This document shows positions 37,801 through 49,800 of a stretch of 64,000 nucleotides of DNA, piece after piece (position 1 is the first letter of the stretch; each line of letters opens with the position of its first letter). Where the stretch lies: positions 9,852,694 to 9,916,693 of the forward strand of contig JAHRHZ010000002.1 of NCBI GenBank assembly GCA_024137785.1, given 5' to 3'. The translations under genes were made by a program, and so were the position numbers. Source of the DNA: Ginglymostoma cirratum (Eukaryota). The notes beneath the pieces were generated by a model. It was not told the DNA's origin and searched no databases. It saw only the letters and a program-made list of their open reading frames with translations.

Positions 37801-40800
37801 GCCACTCAACACACTCCACCTCCAGAAAATGCTTCCATTGCTGGTTGTTAAACTTATCCTGGTCCAAATTGTTTTTGATGCTGTCCGCCCAGGGGACTTG
37901 GGTCACCCACATGACATGATCCTTATCGAAACTGAGGACACCTTGTCCATCCCATCCATATTGATTGACCGCACTCACCATCCCATCATCCCTCAGATCA
38001 CAACCGATCATCATCTGCAATGTGTGAATCCCTGTCAATCCGAAACACAAGCTGCCAATTAGAGACAGTCACAGTGGGAGACCCACAACCACAGCCAATC
38101 AGCTCTGGATCCCCAATCCTGATCCACTCCTGATTTCTCCCCATTCCATCCCAAACTCCCTGAATATACAGGAAGATGTAGAGTGGTGGGCAGCTGAGTA
38201 CTCACCGTCTGTCTGGTTGGTCAGTGACATCACTATTGGAAAATAGTGTCTGAAAACATCCTCCCTTTTCTGAATGAGGAATAGTTTCTTTTTCCACAAC
38301 CCAGGCCCCTCGCTCTCCACCATCCACTGTTCCCGGGGGATTAACTCTTTCCGATCGCTGTCATACATAACAAACTGGACCCCATCCACATAACCAACAA
38401 GCACAAACTCTGGGAAACTGGGAATCGGAGTCATGCCAGTGGCTAAGTATCGGAGAGAGTGAGTGTCTGAAACACAGAGACAAAAACAGTAGGACATGAA
38501 TTCCTAAATATCAATCACAAAACTCCAAGTGAACACTGAGAAGGACCTCTATTTACACTCCATACCTCTATTTATAAAGCCAGAATTCCATCCACTTCTT
38601 TAACCATTTTCAGAACCTACCCAACATTTTTTGTTTACATTTATATTCCTGGTCTCTCTGATCCTGCATAGCGTTTAGAAATTAAAAGTTTACTTTGTCT
38701 TTTCACATTCTTCCTGTCAAAACATGTAATTCTCCACTGTTCCACATTAAACTTCATAGGGCACTTCTTGGCCCTTTCCACCAACAATTTTGGGTGCTTT
38801 TTTGAGGTTCAGCGACCAAGAATCTACGATCAGGAAACACTAGGGCGTTCTTTCCAGTTGGAGAGAAGGCAACAAGATGAGAATGGCAGTTTCTCACAAT
38901 GTTTGTAGACACAGGAAGAGTTTGCTTTTCAAATGAATGCCAGATTGTTCAGAAGAAGAGATTGAGGCACAAACTTTCTGGCAGATCTAGTTATTAACCT
39001 GCAGAGTCTGTTGTTTTCTTGGCTGTTGGTAACAAGCTGATTCAGAAGTTCAGAATATGTAATTAGTGGTCTTGAAATCTAAAGAAACTTCTATCAAATG
39101 TAACTGGCCATCAACAGGATAATGGGTGGTCATTAATGAACTATTCATGGTCACAGTGGAGTTTGCACCTCCCTGATCAATCCATTGAACATGCCTTTGA
39201 TGATCAATAGTTTTTGCATCTCTGGCACAATAAGTCAGGGTCAGAGAACAGGGTCTGAGCTCTTCTTGTTTCAATGTCTTTTTTCAGTATCTTCACACAA
39301 CAACAGGTAAGAAACTCTCTTTCGTAAGTCACTCTGTAAACCACTCTAAAAAGCTTCACAACCTTGATCACTTTGTAAGTCATATGATCTGTGGAAACCA
39401 TTTTAAAATGCAGCAGTGATAACAAGGTGTAGAGCTGGATGAACACAGCAGGCCAAGCAGCATCATAGAAGCAGGAAAGCTTGACGTTTCGGGCCTAGAC
39501 CTTTCATCTGCTCCTATGATGCTGCTTGGCCTGCTGTGCTCATCCAGCCCCACGCCTTGTTATCTCGGATTCTCCAGCATCTGCAGTACCTTTTATCTCT
39601 GATAAAATGCAGCAGTCACTTTTTTTTAAACAAGGGGCAAGTACCAATTTTAACACTTGCAATATCCTCATGTTTCCAGGGACATGAAAACATTCAAAGC
39701 TGAGTTAGACAGATTTTTGATCTACTTGGGGGTTAAAGGCTCTGGAGAATAGGCAGATAACTAGAGATATTAAATGTAGATAGAGCTATATCCATGGAGA
39801 ATGCACCCATTAATGCTGATTGACAAATTCACCTCAAAGCTTTGTTTAGGTAGTTAAACAAGGCAGCTTGACTCTCATTGGTCAATGCATTACCCTGAGA
39901 AAAGAACCAAGAAATTCTGTTGAGTTGAACTGTTTTTTAATCTTTTGCAATACTTCAGTTTTGTTCCATGAAGGAACTATATCTTTCTAATTATTTTTGG
40001 AATTTGGAGTGCAAAATACAAGCAGATGCCCAGTTCCAAGGAAGGGACTTGAATGAGATGAGGGAAAAGAAGCATGCCTGGAAACTTCTCTAGAGAAAAG
40101 CAAATAAATGTCAACAGATGTGGGACCCTCATTCAGAAGAAACTGATTTCAAGGAACCTATTGTATGAAGGGACACAATTTTTCGAGAACAGCTATCGGC
40201 CAGAAGTAGGATGGAAAAGGAACCTGCCAAGTCTACCATCGAGATTCAATGCAAGGATTGGGATCATCATCCATGCAAGCAGTCATAGAACCCATGACCA
40301 GTGACATGGAATTTCCTAGGTGCACGATCATATTCATTATGGAGTGTTTGCTGGTGACAACACACGATGATTGTTGGCAATTTCAGTGAGTGGTTTTCTA
40401 TAATTTTCTTCAAAAGTCAATGTATCCTTCCTCAACAGTGATTAATTCAGCATTTGGCAAAGAGCAGGCCTTGGTGATGTTTGTACTGTTGAGTTTTTGA
40501 CGGATAGACTGAACATTTCAGTTCAGAAGACACCAGTGTTGAGTTTAGAAAGCCAGTTTAGTGTCTCAACTGGAAAAACTTAGGGCAGTTCAGGGAAAAA
40601 TTGAGCAGCGTGGTGGATCAGTGGTTAGCACTGCTGCCTCACAGCACGACAGACCCAGGTTCAATTTAAGCCTTGGGTGACTGTCTGTGTGGAGTTTGCA
40701 CATTCTCCCCATGTCTGTGTGAATTTCTTCCGGGTGCTCTGGTTTCTTCCTGCTGTCTAAAGATGTGCAGGTTACCTGGATTGGCCATGGGAAATGCAAG

Positions 40801-43800
40801 GGATAGGGTATGGTGTGGGTCTAGGTGGGATGCTCTCCGGAGGATCAGTGTGGACTCAGTGGGCTGAATGGCCTGCTTCCACACCATGGATTCTATGATT
40901 GTATGAAGTCACACAGGCAGAAGGGTTTAGTTTCTGAAAAGCCAAACCAAGGACAGTCTGGTTAGTAGAACTGAGAAAGTTTAAACTGTCAGATTTGTGA
41001 GAGGTTTACGCCAATAGGTTTGAAAAAGATTTGCCGGATGGTCCCACAGTCTATGTTGAGTGTGCTGACCAAATTTAGTTAAGGAAAACATGAAATAGTT
41101 GACATAAGGGTGTAATTTTCTCTCAACTGGAGTCTCTACAATGGACAGTTTCAGGAAACAGGTTGAAACTTTATTTTGCTGTTTGTTTTGCAATCTTTCT
41201 AATTGTCTTCTAAATTTAGTTTCTGCTTATTTCTTCTTTTGTGTAATAAACTGCAATTCAATTTTAAAGAAGTTTCATCCCATCAGTAAGTATGTCTCAG
41301 TAAGAAACATCAAATAAACTAACAGAAAAAATAATTAGCAATTCGACTACTAAGCCAGATTTACGTCTGCGATTTGATTTGTCCAGTTGTAATATCATTT
41401 ATGATCATAACCCTGATTCAATGAAAAGTAGAGGAGAGCATGCCAGGAGCAGCACCAGGTATACCTAAAAATGAATTGTCAAATGAGGTGATACTTTTTT
41501 TAATTCATTTATGGGATGAAATGCAGCCTCCTTTAGGGAGGATATTGTGAAACTAGAAAGGGTTCAGAAAAGATTTACGAGGATTGGAGGGCTTGAGCTG
41601 TAGGGAGAGGATTAATAGACTGGGGCTATTTTCCCTGCAGCATCAGGGGCTCAGGGGTGACCTCACGGAGGTTTATAAAATCATGAAGGGCACGGAAAGG
41701 GTAAACAGACAAGGTCATTTCCCCAGGGTAAGGAGTCCAAAACTAAAGGACATAGGTTTAAGGTGAAAGGGCAAAGATATTAAAGGGACCTCAAGGACAA
41801 CATTTTCACACAGAGCGTGGTGTATGTATGGAATGAGCTGCCAGAGGAAGGGGTGGAGGCTCGTACAATTACAACATTTAAAAGGCATCTGGATGAGTAT
41901 ATGAATGGGAAGGGTTTAGAAGGATAAGGGCCAAATACTGGCAAGTGGGACTAGATTTGTGTAGAATATCTGGTTAGCATGGATCAGTTGGACCGAACTG
42001 TCTGTTTCCGTGCTGTATAACCCTATCAACATCCTTGTAAATCTTTTCTGAACTGTTTGAAGATTCACAACATCCTTCCTATAGCAGGGAGACCAGGGTT
42101 GAATGTAGTATTCCAAAACTGGCCTAACCAATATCCTGTACAGTGGCAACATGACCTCACAACTCCTATACTCAATGCATTGACAAGTAAAGGCAAGCAT
42201 ACCAAATGTGTTCTTTGCTATCCTATCTACGCACGAATCCACTTTCAAGGAACTATGAACCAGCACTCCAAGGTCTCTGTTCAGCAACAATTCCCAGACC
42301 TTACCATTAAATGTATAAGTCCTGCCCTGATTTGCCTTTCCAAAATGCAGCATCTCACATTTATCTAAATTAAACTCCACCTGCTACTCCTCAGCCCATT
42401 GGACCATCTGATCAAGATCCCGTTGTACTTTGAGGTAATCTTCTTCGCTGTCCACTACATTTCCAATATTGGTGTAATTTGCAAATTTACTAATTTACTA
42501 ATCCTACCTCTTTTGTTCACTTCCAAACCATTTATAGAAAGGACGAAAAACAGTGGATCCAATACCGATCCATATGGCACACTGCTAGTCACAGGTCCCC
42601 AGCGTGCAAAGCAACCCTCCACCACCATCCTCTGTTTTCTACCTTTGAGCCAGTTCTGTATCCAAATGGCTAGTTCACCCTGTACTCTATGCGATCTAAC
42701 CTTGCTAACCAGTCTACCATGAGGAACCTTGTTGAACGCTTTACTGAAGTCCATATAGATCGTATCCACCGCTGTGCCCGCATCAAACCTCTTTGTTACT
42801 TCTTCAAAAAACTTAATCAAGTTAGTGAGACACGTTTTCCCATGCACAAAGCCATGTTGACTATCCCTAATTAGTACTTGCCTTTCCAAATGCATGTAAA
42901 TCCTGTCCCTCAGGATTCCCTCCAACAACTTGCACACCACTGATGTCAGGCTCACCAGTCTATAGTTCCCTGGCTTTTCCTTACCGCCATTCTTAAATTG
43001 TGGCACCACATTAGCCAACCTCCAGTCTTCTGGTACCTCACCTGTGACTATTGATGATACAAATATCTCAGCAAGGGGCCCAGAAATCATTTTCCTAGCT
43101 TCCCACAGAGTTCTAGGGTACACCTGATCAGGTCCCAGGGATTTATCCACTTTTACGGGTTTTAAGATGTCCAGCAACACCTCCTCTGTGATATGGACAT
43201 TTTTCAAGATGTCTCTATTTATTTTGCCATGTTTTGTATGTTCCATATTCTTCTGCACAGTAAACACTGATACAAAATTCTCGTTAGTATCCTCACAGAA
43301 TTCAGAAAGATAAACTTAAAACAAAGAATCTCTGCTTTGTTGTGATATATATAAATAACTTGGGTGAAAATATAAATGGATGGGTTAGTAATTTTGCGGA
43401 CAATGAAAAGATCAGTGGCATTGTGGATAGTGTAGAAGGTTGTCAAAGGATACAGGGTGATATAGATCAGTTGCAGATATGGAAAGAGAAAAAGCAGATG
43501 GAGTTTAAATGAGGTAAGTGTGAGGTGCTGCACTTGGGGAGATCAAATGTTATGGACAAGTATACCGTTAATGGCAGAACCCTGAACAGCACTGATGTAC
43601 AGAGGGATCTTGAGGTTCAAGTCCATGGCTCCCTGAAAGTGGCCACATAAGTAGTCACACCGATAAAGAAGGCATATGGCATACTTGCCTCTGTTGGTCA
43701 GGCAATTGAATACAGGAGTCAGGATGTCATGTTGCAGCTTTATAAGACTTCGGTTAGGCCACGCTTAAGAGTATTTCATTCCATTCTGGTCGCCACATTT

Positions 43801-46800
43801 GAGTAAGGATGTGAAGGCTTCGGAGAGGATACAGCAGAGGTTTACCAGGATGCTGCCTGAATTAGAGGGTATGAGCTATAAGGACAAGCTAAAAATATTC
43901 AAATAAAAACCAAAAGAACTGCGGATACTGTAAATCAGGAACAAAGACAAAGTTGCTGGAAAAGCTCAGCAGGTCTGGCAGCATCTGTGCAGGAAAAAAC
44001 AGAGTTAACGTTTTGGGTCTGGTGACCCTTCCTGTTTTCTCTGGAGTGGTGAAGGCTGAGGGGAGACTTGATAGAGGTCTATAAAATTATGAGATGCATA
44101 GAAAGAGTTGATGGTCAGAATCTTCTTTTCCCAGAATTGAAATGACTAAAATTAGGGGCTGTGCATTTAATGTGAGAGGGGGAAAGTTAAAGGAGATGTG
44201 AGGAACAAGATTTTTACACAGAGAGTGGTAAGTGTGTGAATCAGTGGAGGCAGACATGATAGGGACGTTTAAGAGACTTTTAGATAAGCACATGAATATG
44301 CAAGAAATGGAGGGATATGGACCAAGGGGTGACAGAAGGGATTAGTTAATTTGGCATCATGTTCAGTACAACATCGTGGGCTGAAGGGCCCATTTCTGTG
44401 CTGTCTTGTTCTATATTCTAATGAGCTCCATTCATTTTCATAGCAATGTGACACATAATCCAACAGCCAAAAAGCATGCTCTCCATTTACAGGATATAGG
44501 CATCATTGTTCAGGGTGGCATTTTCCACCTATCACAAAATGCCGTTGAGAATGTGGTGGTGAGCTTCCATTTTGAGCCGCTTCAGTCCGTGTGGTGTAGT
44601 TACACCCACAGTGCTGGTCCCAGGAAAAATGTCATTTAACTACCTTTAATTCCAAAGTTTTCCTTAATTCTGGGAAACCAGATGAATAAGTAAATCTTTT
44701 CCTGGAAAAATTGTAAACAAGACAGTTCTGTAGCTCATTCATTCATTGTATATGATCTTACAGAGTCAGAGGTCATAAGAACATAAAAGTATCAGAAATA
44801 GGAGCAGCAGTACGCCATCCGGCCCATCAAGCCTGATCCACCATTCAATAAGATCATGGGGGATCTTTTTGTAAAGTCAACTTCACTCCCGTCCACTCAC
44901 CATAACCCTAAATTCCTTTACTTCAAAAATCAATCTATCTTTGCCTTAAAAACATTCAATGAGGTAGCCTCAATTGCTTCAGTGGGATGGAATTGCACAA
45001 ATTCACAATCCTTTGCATGAAGACATTCTTCCTGAATTCAATCCTAAATTTGCTCCCTCTTATTTTGAGGCTATGCCTCCTAGTTTTACTTTCACCTGCC
45101 AGTGGAAACAACTTCCATGCTTCCATCATATCTATTGCCTTCATTATTTTAATGTGTTTCTATAATATCACCCCTCATTCTTCTAAATTCCAGTGAGTAT
45201 AGTCCCAGTTTACTCAATCTTTCCTCATATACCAACTCTCTCAATTCCAGAATCAACCTAGTGAACCTCCTCTGCACACCCTCGAATGCCAGTGTATCCT
45301 TTCTCAAATAAGAAGACCAAAACTGTACACAGTAATCCAGGTATGGCCTCACCAGCAACCTGTACACCTGCAGCATAACCTCCCTGTTTTTGAACTCCAC
45401 TCCTCTAGCAATGAAGGACAATATTTGATTTGCCTTCTTAATTACCTGCTGCACCTGCAAACCAACTTTTTGTGATTAATGCACAAGGACACCAAAATCC
45501 CTCGGCACAGAAGCGTGCTACAGTTTGTCACCATTTAAATAGTAGGCAATTTTGATGTTATTCCTGCCAAATAGACAATATCACATTTACCAACATTGTA
45601 CTCCATTTGCTAGGCCCTTGCCCACTCTCTTCACCCATCAATATCCCTCTGCAGACTTCCAGTTTCCTCTGCACACTTTGCTCTACCACTCATTTTAGTG
45701 TCAGCTGCAAAACTTTGATACATTGCACTTGGTCCCCAACTCTAAATCATCGACATAAATTGTAAACAATTGCAGTACCAACACTGATCCCTGAGGTACA
45801 CAATTAGTCATTGATCGCCAACAAGAAAAATACCCATTTATTCCCCACCCTTTGATTTCTATTAGTTAACCAATCTTCTGTCCGTGCTAATATCTTGGTC
45901 AGATGTGCCAGTGGGCTAAGGAATGACAGATAAAGTTCAATTTAGATAAATGTGAAGTGCTGCATTTGGAAAGGCAAATCAGGGCAGGTCATAAACACTA
46001 AATGGTAAGGTCATGGGAGTGTCGCTGAACAAAGAGACCTTGGAGTGCAGTTCCTTGAAAGTGGAGCTGCAGGTAGATAGGATAGTGAAGAAGGCGTTTG
46101 GTACGCTTGCCTTTATTGGTCAATGCAATAGGTATAGGAGTTGGGAGGGCATGTTACAGCTGTACAGGACATTAGTTAGGCCAGTTTTGGAATACTGCAT
46201 GCAATTCTGGTATCCCTGCTATAGGAAGGATACTGTGAAACTTGGAAGGGTTCAGAAAAGATTTACAAGGATGTTGCCAAAGATGTTGGAGGCTTTGAAT
46301 TGTAGGGAGAGGCTGAATAGGCTGGAGAAGATGGTGGAGACTGGTACAATTACAACATTTAAAAGTCATCTGGATCAGTATATGAACATGAAGGGTTTAG
46401 AGGGATATGGGCCAAATGCTGATAAATAGGACAAGATTTATTTAGGATATCTAGTCGGCATGGATGAGGCGGACAGAAGGGTCTGTTTCCTGGCTGTACA
46501 TTTCTATGACTCTAATACATTACACATACACCTTTCTCTTTTCAGCAGTCTTTTGTGAAGCACCTTGTCGAATGCTTTCTGGAAATCCAGGTACAGTACA
46601 TCCAGGCAGGGCCCCATTGTCCACTGTGCTCATAATGTCCTCAAGGAATTGCCATAAATTAGTTAAACATGACCTGCCTTTCATGAACCATGAAAAGTTT
46701 ACAGCATAGAAAAATGCCCTTCTCCAAGTCTGTGTCAGTGAAAAACAAGTACACTGTTCAAACCCCATTTTTCAGCCTTTGGCCCTTCCTGCCCTTTTAT

Positions 46801-49800
46801 ACCTTGGCATCACAAGTGCACATCTAAATCCTTCTTAAATGTTATTCAGGCTTCTGCCTCGACTCCCCTTAATCGCAGTGAGTTCCAGATTCCTACCAGT
46901 CTCTGAGTGAAAATGTCCGTTCAAAGGGGACAAGTTTCTTCCTGTCTACCCTGTCTATATCCCTTATAATTTTATACATCTCAATCACGTCCCTCTCAGT
47001 TTTCTGTGCCGCAAGGAAAACAACGCCTGTATGTCCAATCTCTCTTCATAAGTGAAACTCCGTAGATCTGGTAAATCTCCTCTGCATCCTCTGTAGTTCA
47101 ATCACATCCCTCCTATAATATGGCTTCCAGAACTGAACACAGTACTCCAGCTGTGGGCTAAGTAATGAAATATACACTTGCAGCATCACCTCCTTTCACT
47201 TAAATTCTATGCCTCGTAAATAAGCCAAGTATCCAAACTGCCTTCTTAACCAGTTTATCCACCTTTTCTGATACCTTAACGGGGCCTGGTGGGCATACAC
47301 ACAGGTGCCCTCTGATTTTGAAGCTTCCTGGGTCCTACCATTCATCATGTATTCCCTAGCTTTATCCTTCTAACTGTTAACTGCTTAAATCATCTTGCTG
47401 CCAATCTTTTCAATGTAATGAACTCCAGGTTTGTTTGAATTGAATGTACTCCTCCTGTCTCTTCCCAGTCCTTCAGTATTATTGCTTGTCTCAGATTGTG
47501 CACTGTGCATCGAACGGATACTATCATCTCAGACTTTAAGTTGTGTCTTGCATTGCTGATGTTGTCTCCACATATGAGTTGGGTCCTGTACTGACACTTC
47601 CCTCATATTTGTAATCTGTGTCCTGTACTGATATTGTCCTCTCAGACTGTGAGCTGGGTCCTGCACTGATATTGACCCGAGTGGGCTGAGAGTTGTGTCC
47701 TGTACTAATTCTATCTCTCTCTCTCTCTCTGTGTACTGCAACTATCCTGTCCAACTCATTCGCTGTAATGTGTCCAGTACTCATACTGTCCCCTCAGGCT
47801 GTCAGTTTGTCCTGTGCACATTCTGTCCCTCTCAGTCTCTGATCTGTCTTCTGTACTGATATTGTCTCATTTCAGTGTGAGCTGGTTTCCATATTGCACC
47901 TCACAGACTATGAGCTGTGTCCTGGACTGAAACTGTCCCTCTCAGTCTGGGAGCTCTATTCTGTACTGATATTTCTTTACTCATTCACGGGATGACAGCG
48001 ACGCTGGCCAGGCAGCATTTATTGCCCATCCCTAATTGCCGAGAGGGCAATTAAGAGTCAGCCACATTGCTATGGGTCTGGAGTCACATGTAGGCCAGAC
48101 CAGGTAAGAATGACAGTTTCCTTCCCTAAAGGTCATTAGTGAACCAGATGGGTTTTTCCAACAATCGATTCATGGTCATCATTTGGTTCTTAATTCCAGA
48201 TATTTATTGAATTCAAATTCTGCCATCTGTGTGGTGGGATTCAAACCCGAGTCCCCAGAATGTTAACTGGGTCTCTGGATTAACATTCCAATGATAATAC
48301 CACGAGGCCATTGCCTCCCCTTAGATACTGCTCCACTCAGTCAGTAATTGTGTCCTGTACTGAAACTGACACTTAGTTGATGAGCTGGGATCAGTACTAA
48401 TTCTGTCCCTCTCACTCAGTGAGCTTGGACCAGTACTGGTAATATCCCTCTCTGTTTGTGAGATCATAGATCATAGAATCCCTCCAGTGTGGAAACAGGC
48501 CCTTCAGCCCAACAAGTCCACACCGAACCTCAAAGCATCCCATCCAGACCCACCCTCCTATAACCCACCTAATCTGCACATCCCTGAACACTACAGGCCA
48601 ATATAACACAGCCAATCCACCTAGCATGCACATTTTTGGACTGTGGGAGGAAACGAGAGCACCCAGAGGAAACCCAGGCAGACATGGGGAGAATGTGCAA
48701 ACTCCACACAGAGGGCAGAATTGAACCTGGGTTCCTGGTGCTGTGAGGCAGCAGTGCTAACCACTGAGCCACAGGGGCACCCCAGATGTGCTGCGCTGAT
48801 ACTGTCCTCTCAGTACGTGATCTGTGCCCTGGACTGATATTGTGCCTCTCTGTCTGAGAGCTGTGTCCTGTACTGATCGTGTAGCTCTCATGTGGTCATC
48901 TGGGGTCAGTACTGATTCTATCCCTCTCAGTCATTGAGCTTGGACCTGTACTGATACTGTCCCTCAGTCTGAGAGCTGTGTCCTGTATTGATCGTGTCTC
49001 ATTCCAGTTTCAATAAAGCTGAGATCTGCAGTGATATTGCCCCTAGCAGTTAGTCAGATGTTTTATCTATTAATTCTTTTCCACTCTGTCTGTGTCTTAT
49101 ATTGAAACTGTCGCTCCCAGTCAATGAGCTGTGTCCTGAACTGACATAATTCCTCACTGTCCGTGACCTGGGCCCTGTTCTGATATGGTTCCTCTCAAAG
49201 TGTAGATGTGTTCTGTCCTAATATTATCACTCTCAGTCAGTGAGCTATGTCTTGGACCTGTACTATCCTACTCACTCGGTGTAATCTGTCTTGCACTCAT
49301 ATTGTCCCCTCAGGCTGTGAGCATTGTCCTGAGTAGTTTCTGCCCTGTCAATCCTGTCTGGTATTAATACTGTCCCACTCAGTCTATAAGGTGTGTCCTG
49401 TACTGACGCTGTCACTGTCAACAGTGTCCTGTGCTGATGCTATCCTTCTCCAACTCTACTCTTTGTACTGTACAATCAGTGTCTCAATCCGGTCTATTGC
49501 CCCAGCAGTATGAGCTGAGTCCTGTATTGAATCTGTCGCATTCTGTCCATGTCCTGTCTTGACACTGTCTCTCTCAGTCTGGAAGCTGTGTCCTTACTGA
49601 AGATATCCTTCTCAGTTTGTGAGAGTTATTGATGAGCCTATCCCTCTCTGTCCATATCCTGTATTGATACAGAGTCAATCCAATCTGTGAGTTGGGCCCG
49701 ACAGTCCCAAACATTCTGTAATTTGTGTCCACTATTGATTCTATCCCTCGACTTCCATGTGCCACATTAATACTGCTCCACTCTATCTGTAAACTATACT

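Noticed and set aside
42455-43267. Longest ORF (270 aa) as a host gene or active RT
   Set aside because: CR1 reverse-transcriptase fragment, 5'-truncated and frameshifted at the catalytic FADD region.
41530-43295. Tail-to-tail CR1 pieces as a twin-priming inversion
   Set aside because: The geometry does not fit twin priming and the overlapping ~50 nt are clearly diverged; two independent insertions are simpler.
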